A DNA stretch of 64,000 nt, from the NCBI GenBank assembly GCA_048013815.1, contig CM106585.1, positions 18,972,001 to 19,036,000 of the forward strand, in the 5' to 3' direction. The notes under the pieces were generated by a model. It worked only from the letters and a program-made list of their open reading frames with translations. It did not search any database and had not been told where the DNA came from. Below are positions 26,103 through 39,123 of this stretch, piece after piece. The position numbers were made by a program, and so were the translations under genes. Each line of letters begins with the position of its first letter. Within the stretch, counting starts at the first letter, position 1. The DNA comes from Setoptus koraiensis (lineage: Eukaryota > Animalia > Arthropoda).

Positions 26103-26631
26103 CGTGAGGTCCTTTGAATAAATGGTCTTCTCCTTTTATCAATAAATATATGTGTATTAACAACAGACCGGTCAGCCAAACGCCAATTGTGAAGAAAATT
26201 GATCACGTTTCCAATGTTTTAACTTATTTCTACAGCGGCAAAATTGAATCCTAATGTGGAAATTCCCGTCGGGAGTCTCCCCTCCCCACAGGGAGCGCTA
26301 TGTGTTTTCAACTTGAAAATTTCAAGTCTGTGCAGAGAAGCAATATCCAAAAACACAGCGCTATAAAACACATTCTACACAAAAACGCAGCTTCCAACAA
26401 GGGTGCTTTTGTCGATCATGATATTGTGTTTTTGTGTGGTCCGTGTCTCCGCTGACTTCAATACCCTCTAGCTTTGTTGTAAACAATTTTGGGCCGAGTT
26501 TTGTCAACACGGTACATCTTTGTCATCAATTGCCTCGCCAATAAAATTATTGTCGCTGTTGTATTTTTATTTCGCCGTTGATACAGTTGATCAAAAAATA
26601 CAATATCATTATCATCGAATAATATTCAATT

Positions 26632-28578
26632 ATGGCTTCGATTCTCAGAAGTATCAACACAATTGTTCGATTGGACACAATCACCAGAACTATCACACGA
26701 AACTTTGTGTCAGGCACATGCAAGACCTCAACCCAAGGACGAGAATACTCTGTTGTCGACCACGAATATGACTCAGTTGTTGTCGGAGCTGGCGGTGCTG
26801 GCTTACGGGCAGCGTTCGGTCTGGTTGAAAAAGGCTTCAGAACCGCTGTTATAACTAAACTATTTCCCACTAGATCACATACTGTGGCTGCTCAAGGTGG
26901 AATAAATGCAGCTCTTGGAGACATGGAACCCGATGACTGGAGATGGCACATGTACGATACAGTCAAGGGAAGCGATTGGCTGGGAGATCAAGATGCCATC
27001 CATTACATGACCAGAGAAGCCCCCACAGCCGTTGTTGAACTGGAAAATTATGGAATGCCATTCAGTCGAACCAATGATGGAAAAATCTACCAAAGAGCAT
27101 TCGGAGGTCAATCATACAATTTTGGCAAAGGAGGTCAGGCCCACAGGTGCTGTTGTGTAGCCGACAGAACTGGCCATTCTCTTCTTCATACACTGTACGG
27201 TCAGTCTCTGCGTTACAATTGTGAATATTTCGTTGAATTTTTCGCTCTCGATCTTATAATGCAAGATGGCCAATGTGTTGGCGTCACTGCACTTTGTCTG
27301 GAAGACGGAACAATACATAGGTTTCATGCTAAGAACACAGTTTTAGCCACAGGCGGTTACGGAAGAGCCTATTTCTCTTGTACCTCAGCTCACACATGCA
27401 CTGGCGATGGTATGGCGATGGTCACACGAGCGGGTTTACCTAATCAAGATTTGGAGTTTGTACAATTTCATCCCACAGGTATCTATGGTGCAGGCTGTCT
27501 GATCACTGAAGGTTGCCGTGGCGAAGGTGGATTCCTTGTTAACAGCGAAGGAGAACGATTTATGGAGCGATACGCTCCGGTGGCGAAAGATCTAGCATCA
27601 AGGGATGTAGTATCCCGTTCAATGAGCATTGAGATCCGAGAGGGCCGTGGATGTGGCCCTGAGAAAGATCACGTATATTTACAATTGCACCATTTGCCAG
27701 CCGAACAATTGGCTACCAGATTGCCCGGTATTTCAGAGACAGCTATGATTTTTGCGGGCGTTGATGTAACTAGAGAGGCTATACCTGTTCTACCCACAGT
27801 TCACTATAATATGGGTGGTATTCCCACAAATTACAAAGGTCAAGTAATTACTCATTCAAAAGGAGAAGATAAGGTAATAGATGGCCTGTACGCTTGTGGC
27901 GAGGCAGCTTGTTCGTCTGTTCATGGAGCGAACCGATTGGGCGCTAATTCCTTACTTGACCTAGTCGTATTTGGAAGAGCTTGTGCTTTGACGATAGCCG
28001 AAGAGGACAAACCTGGTGATAAATTGCCGCCTTTGAAGAACAACGCCGGAGAAAATGCTGTTGCAAATCTGAACAAAGTTCGTTATGCAGAAGGTTCAAC
28101 ATCGACCGCTGGCTTGAGGTTGAAGATGCAAAAAGCGATGCAAGCTCACGCTTCGGTATTCAGAACAGGTGATAGCCTCCAAGAGGGTCTCGACAAAATG
28201 CGTGAAATATACCAACAAATGTCTGATATATCAATCAAGGACCGCTCCTTGATTTGGAACACGGAGTTAGTTGAAACTCTGGAATTACAAAATCTCATGC
28301 TCAATGCTATGATGACCATACAAGGAGCCGAAGCTAGAAAGGAAAGTCGCGGAGCTCACGCAAGAGAGGATTTCAAAGACAGAGTGGATGAATATGACTA
28401 TAAGAAACCCGTTGAAGGACAACAAAAGAAACCCTTTGATAAACATTGGAGAAAGCACACACTCAGCTGGATGGACCCTCAAACAGGAGAGGTCAAACTG
28501 TCATACAGGCCTGTTATTGATTCCACATTGGATCAAGAAGAATGTGAGACAGTCCCTCCAGCAGTGCGTGTCTACTAG
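26632..28578 (+). CDS. SDHA: Succinate dehydrogenase flavoprotein subunit, intronless
   Basis: [65 protein letters not shown]. Confidence 0.99.
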   Translation: MASILRSINTIVRLDTITRTITRNFVSGTCKTSTQGREYSVVDHEYDSVVVGAGGAGLRAAFGLVEKGFRTAVITKLFPTRSHTVAAQGGINAALGDMEPDDWRWHMYDTVKGSDWLGDQDAIHYMTREAPTAVVELENYGMPFSRTNDGKIYQRAFGGQSYNFGKGGQAHRCCCVADRTGHSLLHTLYGQSLRYNCEYFVEFFALDLIMQDGQCVGVTALCLEDGTIHRFHAKNTVLATGGYGRAYFSCTSAHTCTGDGMAMVTRAGLPNQDLEFVQFHPTGIYGAGCLITEGCRGEGGFLVNSEGERFMERYAPVAKDLASRDVVSRSMSIEIREGRGCGPEKDHVYLQLHHLPAEQLATRLPGISETAMIFAGVDVTREAIPVLPTVHYNMGGIPTNYKGQVITHSKGEDKVIDGLYACGEAACSSVHGANRLGANSLLDLVVFGRACALTIAEEDKPGDKLPPLKNNAGENAVANLNKVRYAEGSTSTAGLRLKMQKAMQAHASVFRTGDSLQEGLDKMREIYQQMSDISIKDRSLIWNTELVETLELQNLMLNAMMTIQGAEARKESRGAHAREDFKDRVDEYDYKKPVEGQQKKPFDKHWRKHTLSWMDPQTGEVKLSYRPVIDSTLDQEECETVPPAVRVY

Positions 28579-28853
28579 AGCGATCCCACTCAACTTGTTC
28601 ACTAAAAAAATGAAATCAATTATCGTGGACAACTACCTCCAAGTTCAGTTATTTATAGTATCGCATACCGAAGATGAAATGTAAGATGAGGTTGAGACAA
28701 AAACAAGTTAACAATCTAATTTTTAATTTAGTTAGATGACTAAAAATAATAAAGAATCTAACTATATACGACAAATTTTAATCAACATTATGCATGATCG
28801 AGATGTCTTAATATTATTCAATGATAGAGAATGCGAAAACGGCAAAATTTTCT

Positions 28854-28926
28854 TGATTCCGGTGAGTTTCGAACTCACGACCTTCTGCGTGTAAAGCAGA
28901 TGTGATAACCACTACACCACGGAACC
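28854..28926 (-). tRNA. tRNA-Val(TAC)
   Basis: GGTTCCG...CGGAATCA acceptor stem, TCTGC-TTTACAC-GCAGA anticodon arm, GTGAG-TTCGAAA-CTCAC T arm; 73 nt. Confidence 0.95.
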
Positions 28927-29223
28927 AGATATATTGAAAGGGAGAAGTACAGCTTTTTTAACACGCTAAGAAGTTTTGTCTGAGCATGTGACACATTGAT
29001 CATGTGTAGAAATCTAAATAGACTTTCTCCTCGTTTACGTTTCTACATGTGTCAAACATTGCCATAATAAACAGTGATTTATTGTGATTACTAGTCTTTT
29101 CAACCCTATTAAATTCTTCAGAATTTAATCATATTGCATGTATAACTTACGTCAGACCCACTATCTTAACTAGCAGGGCGAAACATTGTTATTCAGAGAA
29201 GACAGCCTCCAAGCTATTCAAAT

Positions 29224-30567
29224 ATGGATCAAGAGGATTTTTCAAAGACCAAGATCCGAGTCAAGAATGTCCACTTTGATGGTGTCAAAAAAACAAATAC
29301 ACGCATGTTAGCCAAAATCATTCGACCTATCTACGAGGCTCAGACACTAGAGCAGTGCTTGGACAAACTTAACATAGTTAATGATAGACTTAGCTCTCTC
29401 AATTCGTTTGACCGAGTTTCTCAGACTATAGAATTTTCAAGAGATAAAGGCAAGCAAGCATCAGAAGATGATCCCATAAAAAATGTAGATTTAATATTTT
29501 CTGTTTCAGAGAAAAAAATTGTCGGTGGAGGCGTGGAAACCACCGTGGATGATAGACGATCAGCATCTGTCTCTCTCAAACTTACTCTTCTTAACTTTAG
29601 TGGTGTAGGAGATTCCATATGCTCAGAACTGAGAAAAACTAAAGGCAAAACTTTAGGAGAAGTGAACTATAGTCGACTATATGCACCGTGGTGGGATGTA
29701 TGCTCGCCAAGACATACAACATCTCTATATGTTTCCGATTCTGCTTCTATATCAAGTGGCTACAATCAGAAAGATCGAGGTATCTCAACGCAAATAGATA
29801 TGAATATTGCCAAAAATTTATATCATTCTCTGAATTTCGACAATGTTTGGAGAGATATAAGATGTAGTGCGTTTGACACCCCTTTTAAAATACGCGAACA
29901 AAGCGGGCACTCATTCAAGACATCGGCTAAATACACAATTACACATGACACTCGTGATGTACCAACATTCTCAACAAAAGGACACATGGTTAGAATGTCA
30001 GTAGAGCACGCCGGCCTATTTAAGCTGGGAGATATAAGTTTCACTAAAAGCGACATACATTTACAAGTCAATCAGCCTATCATACCAAAGCTAGATATAA
30101 GCTGTCAAGGAAGTATGCAGTTTGGATTAATTCATCCTCACCCAGGGAACTATCTGATCTGTGATAAATATTTCGCCGGTGGCCCTCTAACAATAAGAGG
30201 CTTTAAACAGAACGGTATTGGACCTCATTGTGAGCAATATGCACTGGGTGCCAGGGCTTTTTGGGCCGCGGGCATGCATATTTATTCGCGTTTGCCATTT
30301 GTTAGTTCGAGAAGTAGTATCAATGATTTTATTCGGCCTCATCTTTTTGTAAACTCAGGAAACGCTGTCGATTTTGGGCTTACTAAAAATCTAGACAAGG
30401 ATTTCAAAAGTTTGACATCAAAGGCGCGTTTATCTTATGGTTTTGGACTGGTACTGTACTTTTCATCGATTAGGATTGAACTAAACTACTGCCTGCCCAG
30501 GACATTTCACAAAGGAGACCAAATCGAGGAGGGTTTCCAATACGGTTTGGGAGTGTTATTCACTTAA
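29224..30567 (+). CDS. SAMM50: Sorting and assembly machinery component 50 (Omp85 family), intronless
   Basis: POTRA-like N-terminus, IREQSGHSFK, GGPLTIRGF, RIELNYCLP, FQYGLGVLFT C-terminus. Confidence 0.93.
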   Translation: MDQEDFSKTKIRVKNVHFDGVKKTNTRMLAKIIRPIYEAQTLEQCLDKLNIVNDRLSSLNSFDRVSQTIEFSRDKGKQASEDDPIKNVDLIFSVSEKKIVGGGVETTVDDRRSASVSLKLTLLNFSGVGDSICSELRKTKGKTLGEVNYSRLYAPWWDVCSPRHTTSLYVSDSASISSGYNQKDRGISTQIDMNIAKNLYHSLNFDNVWRDIRCSAFDTPFKIREQSGHSFKTSAKYTITHDTRDVPTFSTKGHMVRMSVEHAGLFKLGDISFTKSDIHLQVNQPIIPKLDISCQGSMQFGLIHPHPGNYLICDKYFAGGPLTIRGFKQNGIGPHCEQYALGARAFWAAGMHIYSRLPFVSSRSSINDFIRPHLFVNSGNAVDFGLTKNLDKDFKSLTSKARLSYGFGLVLYFSSIRIELNYCLPRTFHKGDQIEEGFQYGLGVLFT

Positions 30568-30938
30568 AATACAGACTTAAGTTGTTAGTTTGGATTTAGA
30601 TTAGTTGTATAGTGGTCATTATTAAAGTCAACTCATGAATCTTCTAAAGTTTGTCTAGAGATTTTTTTTCTTTTTTGGAATTTGAAATTTCCCGCCTTTC
30701 CTTGACTAACGATCATGGTGCACATGGCATTGGAACAGGGGGTGAGTTAGAGCACGTGTGTGAGTGGTTCGAATAACCTGTGCGGAATATCCAAACGATC
30801 ACTACCAAACTAAAGTAATATATATTTATACATTGGTATCAATTAACGGAATTAATTAAATAACAAAAAGAGACAACGTTATAATAATTGACAAATTGGA
30901 ACTTTGTCACACAGTGATCCTCAAAATTACATAAGAAC

Positions 30939-32072
30939 ATGTCGGCGCCCTATCACCGTGGTGGTGGTGGTACTCCACGAGGTGGTGGTTTTGGTGGACG
31001 CGGAGGAACCCCCAACGGACGCGGCGGAGGTGGTTTCGGAGGTCGAGGCGGTGGAGGCGGCTTTGGAAGCGGCCGTGGAGGTGGAAGAGGTGGTGGTGGA
31101 GGCCGCGGAGGCTTCGGTGGAAGAGGAGGCGGAGGTGGACGTGGAACACCTCGAGGTGCTCGAGGTGGAAGAGGTGGAAGAGGCGGCGGTCGAGGCGGTG
31201 GAGCAGGTGGATTCAAGGGTGGCAAGAAAGTAATCGTTGAGCCCCATCCACGTTTTGGTGGAGTGTTTGTTGCTCGCGGCAAGGAAGACTCACTTGTAAC
31301 AAAAAATTTAGTTCCTGGCGAATCCGTTTACGGGGAAAAACGCATATCAGTAGAGGACCAAAACGGTAAAACCGAGTACAGAACATGGAATCCGTTTAGA
31401 TCAAAATTAGGCGCTGCCATTCTAGGTGGCATAGGCGACATTCACATAAAGCCAGGATCGAAAGTTCTCTATTTAGGTGCCGCATCTGGTACAACTGTTT
31501 CACATGTCTCAGATATGGTTGGACCTGAGGGTCGTGTTTATGCAGTTGAATTTTCGCAACGTTCCGGCAGAGATCTACTTGGAGTGGCACAGAAGAGACC
31601 AAATATAATTCCAATTATTGATGATGCCAGACATCCTGTCAAATATAGAATGATGTTATCTATGGTGGACACCATCTTCTCAGATGTCGCTCAGCCAGAT
31701 CAAGCACGTATTGTTTGCCTTAACGCCGCACATTACCTCAAAATTGGTGGACACATAGTGATGTCTATAAAGGTAAGTCAGAGACACGAGAGATGTAACA
31801 GTAAAACTCTTTTGATTGATCTCTTTTTTTCAGAATTATTCACTAATCATATTCTACATTTTTGGGCGTTCTTTATTTCTACCCATACAAACATCTAGGC
31901 TAATTGTGTCGATTCAACTGCCCCGCCAGAAGCTGTATTTGCGTCTGAAGTTAAGAAACTTCAACAGGAGAAAATAAAGCCTCTTGAGCAAATCACCTTA
32001 GAACCTTACGAGCGTGATCATGCTGTGGTCACTGGACAGTTCAGGAAAGACGACTTAAAATCTAATGAGTGA
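30939..32072 (+). CDS. FBL: Fibrillarin rRNA 2'-O-methyltransferase (exons 30939-31772, 31899-32072; 335 aa)
   Basis: RGG/GAR domain, [34 protein letters not shown]; exon 2 ANCVDST ... LEPYERDHA. Confidence 0.98.
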
Positions 32073-32309
32073 ACATAGGTGCATCCATCCGGAACGATAT
32101 CATCTATATACATTAAAATAATAAATTCTACCCTGCTAATACCTAACCGCTTCATCTGATTTGGCTATCCATATTGCTCTTAGAGTGCGACGCTATATAG
32201 ATATAGATTTGTGTATATATATATATATATATATATGTGCAAGTATTTATGTAATTGATCCACGCAAACAGACTTAGTTGTGTAGACATTTGAACAGAAA
32301 TACTTGTTG

Positions 32310-32714
32310 TTATTTGGCCTCTTTCACCGTTTTAAATAGACGCCCTAGATTGTCAGCCACGTCATCATCTGTGTCGAGGAGATCTTGAGTGACTTGAGGC
32401 GTATGACTATCCGCCGGTGTCTTGGGCATTTTTACGAAAGCTGTCGGAGTCTTGGCGACAGCTTTTCGTATAAAGTCCTTCATTTGTGTATTCGGATCTG
32501 ACTTGAATACTAGTTTTGCTAGAGTTTTTGCTTCATCCAGATCAGCCTTGATAATCTTCTTGACTGTTTGCAGTGGCGGAGGTTGCTCTTTCCTAATATT
32601 CGGTGGGTTAATTGATTGTGAAACTTCAGATGAAGATCCATCTAGAGGCTGTTTACCTCTCTGTCTACCCATTGCTTGCCTTTTTTGCTTCGAGCCGGAC
32701 TTTTCATTTTTCAT
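32310..32714 (-). CDS. Hypothetical 134-aa protein, no recognisable domain
   Basis: ATG-started ORF with ordinary composition between the RasGAP stop and the fibrillarin 3' end; no homology recognised. Confidence 0.45.
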   Translation of the reverse strand: MKNEKSGSKQKRQAMGRQRGKQPLDGSSSEVSQSINPPNIRKEQPPPLQTVKKIIKADLDEAKTLAKLVFKSDPNTQMKDFIRKAVAKTPTAFVKMPKTPADSHTPQVTQDLLDTDDDVADNLGRLFKTVKEAK

Positions 32715-33028
32715 TTTGTTGATTTAAAAAACGCGACAATATATGATAGAATGGCTCAAAAAACATATCTATTGATATGAAGCCATAAGAAAAGAGAGAT
32801 CAGAGCAATTGATATTGAGCAAACTGCCCACTAGATTTGAGTATCTCGAGGATCAAAAAACAAAGCGCGTGTCTGATTATAAAGGGTGTTTCAAGGAATG
32901 CACTACCGATATTCAGACTGTACAATAGTATGTATAGAAGATTCCTACTTTATTTGGCAGAAAAAGATATTCTACATTTGACCATCTAGGTATTTCGGCA
33001 GTGTTTTTAGGTGATCGATTGCGATCAA

Positions 33029-35262
33029 TCACTGTAACTTCATATTGACATAATATTGCTTATGTTGTGTGAGTATGCTTGATATTGTGGCCAATTTTTT
33101 TAAACCAGGCTTGGATATTGCTAGATTGTCCAGTTCTTTTTTGTGCGATTCACAAAGATTATGTATGATTGCTAGGTCTTGAGATGGAGGATCAGGTGAA
33201 CTAGTGTATCGATTTCTGATCGAAAATTCGTTGTTATTCTGTTGTTTTTCTATATCACTTAACTCATCTATGAACTTGATCACTCGAGCTTTATTTTTGA
33301 GTATGAATGGATTAACTACTTCCATCCAGGATTCCTGTATAGTTATTGTATTAGTGTCATAGATGAAAAATTTTCAATTATAAAAGGGGAGCAAAAGTGA
33401 GTTAGTAAGCGTCAATAGTAACGATAGTGAAGTATTCACAGTTAGATATTGTCTATGATTATTATATCGCAGATACAAACAGTTTGTGAGGTAGCAGCGG
33501 ACTTATTAGGCGGTTGATTAATTATATGAGACATCGAGACAGAGAATTCCGACTGAGAATCTGATGAAAAAAGGCTTTTAATCGGTGAGTCTTCTAGACT
33601 GTTGAGTCTATGCGACTATATGAGTTATTTCAGAGGTTAGTTGAGTATAGGTAGATTGAGAGTCAGTGTTAGCAAGAAGTGTTAATAAGATAGTGTTAGC
33701 AATTAGTTAATATCGCTAGATAAATATTATCTAGGATAGTTTCTACTCACTTTAGTACATTCTACAAGATTAGCTAAATTTTGAATACACTTGGCGACCA
33801 ACATGAGGTTTCGAGCTGCCACTTCAGTTGGCGTCTCATTAACCAGATTGAATTGTCTGGGGTTGAGAATAGCTGGACATATCAGTCTTAGAAATATAAA
33901 ACCACTAACGACTCTTGTTTTGACTAAAGGCTCATTCGGCCAACGTTTTATAACGGAACGTTGCAAACAGTGACACAATCGTCTGACGGACAAAGGAAAC
34001 ATTGCCACTGAGGTGAATATTCTGTCAACAAATTCATCCAAAATATTCAGTAGATTTTCGAGATTTTCACATGCTTTGTTGTTCTGTGTATCCAGTCTCA
34101 ATGGGTTTAGTTCACAGTTCGTTCTGCTGTCCATGAGACGCTTAACTGATTGCGTCAATATCTTACATACTAATTCTTTGCATGCTAGCCTCATGTGACA
34201 CTCTATAATAGATGTAGTCAAACAACTTGTCCTAAATAAAGTTGATGTATCCGTTTCGAGATTTACATCTCTTTCAATCATGAGATTAATGAAGTCGACA
34301 GTCACTCTTTTGTACTCTAGAATATTATTCAGAGCGCTAGCCATCAGGGTTCGCTCTCTGTGACAAAATTGTTCTAAGCTGGAGATCACTTCCAGATCTG
34401 TGTCGAGAATCAAGTCTTCTAGTGCTGTGTACTCTGAATAAGTCATTATGATGTCGGTTGTGTATCTTAACTTCAAGCGAATGCAGCCCCAGGTACCCAT
34501 AACTTCTCTTATAGGTAGATGTACTCCAACAAACTCGTACCATTCATCTGTTTCCTCATTCTGCTTTAACTTTTTTAGTTCAAATGTTATTTCAGCAATT
34601 TCTGTATCTCTAGACTTTTTGCCGCTTTTGTCAAATAGAGTTACCTTGAAGGTGTTGATATCACGACTTAGTCCTTCTAGAGCAAAGTAGCCATCTTCTT
34701 CAAATATTGCTGTCGTGGAACACTTCACTGTATTGTTTGTGAAAATGTGAAGAGAAAAAGAATTAGTAAAACTGTTGAGCCAGAGAAATTTTGAATATGG
34801 TTGTGGATTGTATCTGGCATTTAGTTGATTGTAAATTAACTATATTCTTTTTTTTTTTTTTTGAAAATGGACGCAGTAGACGGCGAACCGAAATGAACTG
34901 TTATAATTTTGTCCGTCGACTATGGGCCATTTGTAACCACTGAAATTGATTACAACAATTTCTTCAATTTAAAACTGAGTCGCCCACAATTGGACTCGAT
35001 GACTTCACAATTAAAAGCTAACCGATTCCACATCCGCAACATGTACGAAACCGGTTACTTATCAGACTCATTTCGTATCAATGTCCACTATTATCATTGT
35101 ATCACACAAATAGCAAGACTGCGCAGGTGTAAGTCAGATAAAAGCAAGTTCAGAGAGGATCCCTTTGGGCGTTAGTATTCGTCTAATACTAGCCGACTTT
35201 TTTTCTTATATCTGAATACACAATGATGACCCAACTGCTGTATAGGCAATTGATTCGCTTCC

Positions 35263-35293
<31 letters not shown>

Positions 35294-36848
35294 TGTTCCA
35301 CATACTGGTTGTAGCAATCTAACTTCCAGTTCGCTTACCTTGTGTCCGGCAGATATATATATTTTCGTTAAGTGCAACGATGAAATATGGTTGCTGAGCC
35401 CTAATAGAATGAGCTTCGCAAAATGTTAAATAGATATTCTGTTTGATGACAATGCCGTCAGAAACATTCGAGGCTGTCGTAGCTGATGACAAAGATGACT
35501 TGTCTGCAGGACCAGAGCGAGACAAAATATGTTGATTGTTAGCAGTTGTGACACAATTGTTACCATTGGCATTGTTTCCTAAGTGAATTAGTTGTTGGTT
35601 TGGCGAAGTCAATTTTTTTATAGAATTAATCCATCGCTCATAATCCACACCATCTTCATCATAGTGTAAATAGAAAAAGTTCGAGAAGCAAGGCAAGCTC
35701 TTCTCAACTAATTGAAAACAATTTGTCTTGTCGAACAAACTTTCATGTATGAGGTACAAATATGAATAGCTGAGATCAATCAAACCTTTTGGTTTAGTTT
35801 GATGAACTTTCTCATAATAGTAGAGGTGTTGCTCTTTGGCATTAAGAACAAAATAATAACGATTCCATTTTTTATGCAATTCTCTCATTTTCAGCCAAAA
35901 CCATCCCCTTAGATCGTAGCTCTGTTTTTTCTTCGAAGCCTCCCGGCTTTCCCTAAGTGTGGCGTAAATATCTGAAGACTTGCTAGAGATTTCCATGGAC
36001 TTTAATGAGGCTAGCGTAGTAACTTGACTGAGCTGAGTAGTACGTGACATTGTCGTAACGATAGGTATGCTCAGAACATGACCTTCAACGATTTGTTCAA
36101 CTCGGTATCTGGCTATGATATGGCCGAGGCTCTCGTAACTTCTTCCACCCATAACGTAACGATTATCTCCTACTCTAACAATACGAAATCGTTGAACAGT
36201 AGGACCAACATGATAAAACAGTGAGTAATTACCTGGTGAATTATCACTAGGCCTAACCAAATAACTGCCCGGTCCAGCTTGTGCCAATTTTGTAACAGCT
36301 TCTGTCTTACTAATATTTGGATGAAACCAGGGATATATTTCATTTGGATCAATGTCTTCTGAAACCTCTTCAACTAAACTGGCAAAGACCAGTCCGGATT
36401 CGCCTGATTGAACATGCCTGCACCAATACCATCCATCCTTAAGATCATTTTCCAACAACAACAGATCACCTTTCTGAAAGCTGAGCTCATCTGATTGCGC
36501 AAGCTTAGTGTAAGGCAATATACTTATGAATAGTTTACTTTTAGACGCTACAGGCTCCGGCGGGGCAACAGGATACAAGAGTCTTTCATTGGCCAATAGA
36601 TCACATATGGAAGAATAATAGTCAATTAGATCTAACAAGGAATCGAACTTGCGTCCGCCAATAAAAAACGAACCCATGATATGGGTGATCCTAAAGTGAT
36701 TTACACCAGCAGTACCAAGATATGACAAGACAAATGAGCCTGACTTTCTGTCGCTCTCCCTCAGCAGGTAACATCCTGGCCGACCATCGAGTTTTAGTCT
36801 TGCCTCTGAGTTTTTCCTATCCAATTTGCCATGGTACCAATCGCCCAT
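33029..36848 (-). CDS. RASA1: p120 RasGAP (SH2-SH3-SH2-PH-C2-RasGAP), RASA1/vap (exons 36848-35339, 34727-33751, 33334-33029)
   Basis: WYHGKLDR SH2, SH3 DELSFQKGD, second SH2 WFHPNI, PH domain, FLRLICPAILNP RasGAP motif. The start codon is uncertain; an upstream exon is possible. Confidence 0.95.
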
Positions 36849-37613
36849 GATTGTTAATAATTGTGTGTCAGTTGGCACAACAGTGCAGATAGTCACTAAT
36901 ATCTGTAGTTATAGTGTCATTTTGAGTAATATTCCCTGAATGTCGTTATTTCTTCGCTACGATATTTCTATTATTGATTGACTGGCGAATTGTATTTTTG
37001 TTGCTCGTTATTGAATGTGTTTCTGAATACAACTGGGCCCAAGTTGATACTCTATGGGTTGGTCCTGCTAATCAAAGGGTCACCTGTAGGGTCAGTGTTA
37101 TGATACTCCTCATTGGTAACAACAATGACATCTTGTTTATTGTTTTTTAATCATCTTGCTCCCGAACTGACCAATTGTTCGTTAGTCATGGGTACAGGTA
37201 GTACTCATGCACACATTTATACGGTGTACCATCTAAAACTGTAACAGTGCTAAGCTTCACTGGTGTTATACATTCAAGAACGCCACTTGCGACCCTGACG
37301 GATTTTTTTCGCACTTAGCAGAGGAGTTTCGAAAAAGGCGCACACAGCACTGAAGTATACGTAGGCTGACGTGCGCGTGGAAGTTACGAGAAGGTTCTGT
37401 GAGTAAAGCTCACTGGATATATTTGTTGTTTATGCTGATATACGGTACTTCTAGCTAACGCTGATGTGTTATTTTCAGACACAATTGTACTATACGACAC
37501 TCAATACTACGTTCACCAATTATCCAATTATCAATTCATTCTATTATTCATACACTAAAATTACGATATTTATCTAGTTAAATTGGAAAAATACCATAAC
37601 CGAGATAAGAACA

Positions 37614-38511
37614 ATGGCAGCCACCTTTCAGCGAAACGCAGCTTCTTTTTTCCAGGCGCTCGACAGAAAACTGTAAGTATATCCACCAAATATCTCAATC
37701 TAGTGCACTTGTATATCCTCATATACGCTTGCAAGCAATTCAGAATTTTATCTCCATTATGCACATTTGCACCGCTGGCCGATATTACGACTAATACTCA
37801 AAATTTTCTCTCACACATCCTCCTCATCATAAATGGGATCACCTCAGCGAGCCTCCCGTAAAGAGCCATCTGAAACAGGTCTACTCAACACTATCATTGG
37901 CCACACTAGCCGCCGGCGCTGGTAGCTATGTTCATCTGTTCACAAATCTGCTTAGTGGAGGCCTTCTGGCCGGATTGGGAGCACTGGGTTTCGGTTTGTT
38001 GTTGGCCATGACACCGGACAATGGAAAAAACAGAGACAAAAGACTCGCCTACCTCATGGGCTTCGCCGCAATGACCGGCCTCTCTATGGGACCTATACTG
38101 GAGATGGCCATGTTCCTCAATCCCTCAATCATACCTATGGCCTTCTTTTCCACCTGTCTCATATTTGCTAGTTTCTCGTTGAGTGCCATCTTCAGCTCAA
38201 GGGGCAAGTGGCTATGTTTAGGCGCCGGATTGATGTCGATGCTTTCGTTGATGTTCTTCATGAGTATCATCAACTTGTTTGTCGGCTCCTATTTCCTGTT
38301 CCAGGCTCAGTTGTACCTTGGTTTATTAGTGTTCTGTTTATTCATCATGTACGACACTGCAGACATCATAGAGAAGCGCAGAATGGGCGATGATGACTAC
38401 ATCAGACATTCTATGCATCTGTTTATCAATTTCATCGATATATTCAGAACAATTGTAGTCATCTTGATGCAAAAAGAGAGAAACGACAGAAACAGTAGGA
38501 ATAGGAGGTAA
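37614..38511 (+). CDS. TMBIM6: Bax inhibitor-1 (exons 37614-37672, 37848-38511; 240 aa)
   Basis: LEPPVKSHLKQVYSTL across the splice junction, multiple TM helices, YDTADIIEKRRMGDDDYIRHS ... LFINFI. Confidence 0.92.
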
Positions 38512-39123
38512 ACCGCTTGATTGTATAACAATCAACAAATACAAACACTAGTTGGGAAAATTGGAACTATTATAAGTTGATATCAAGCCCGCGCCCCTAA
38601 CGTCTGGATATTCATTTTTCATGCTCCCTTCAAGATGCAACATTTGTTATCGTATATATTACTGGTAAAAACAAAATTATTATCTTATCAATTGTTTCAC
38701 CTTGGCAGATCTTAATTATGTGGGTGGATTTGTACGAGGAAACGTCTCTCAAGGCATTTAATTTGATTAAAGGAGAGGTACAGAAAGAGAGAGAGAGAGA
38801 GAGAGAACAGATACATACATACACACACATACTCGCTAATCATTAGATATCGCCCAGTTTAAATCCCGCTTATTTCCAATTATTGGTTTATTATTGCCGC
38901 TCGAGGAGATTCGGGCGGAATCTAACATGTATGAAAGATAAACCGAGAAGGCTAGACAATTAATAAAAAGAGTGTCGCACCAAAGACGTTTCGCTTGTTA
39001 CAATTATTATTTTCTTTCTTTGTGTGCATGTTTGACATGGTTAACATTTACATAAACTAATTTTCTTAGAAAAACAGTCAATAACAAACTTGATGGTACA
39101 TATTTTAAATTCAATGAAATCTC

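Noticed and set aside
30904-31282. Extra ORFs over the fibrillarin 5' region
   Set aside because: Alternative-frame and antisense reads of the RGG repeat.
31773-31898. Possible intronic snoRNA in fibrillarin
   Set aside because: No box C (RUGAUGA) / box D pair or H/ACA architecture is visible.
34909-35175. 88-aa plus-strand ORF in a RasGAP intron
   Set aside because: Non-ATG start and no recognisable motif.
37365-37380. TGACGTGC upstream of BI-1 as a UPR element
   Set aside because: A single imperfect 8-mer that is expected by chance.
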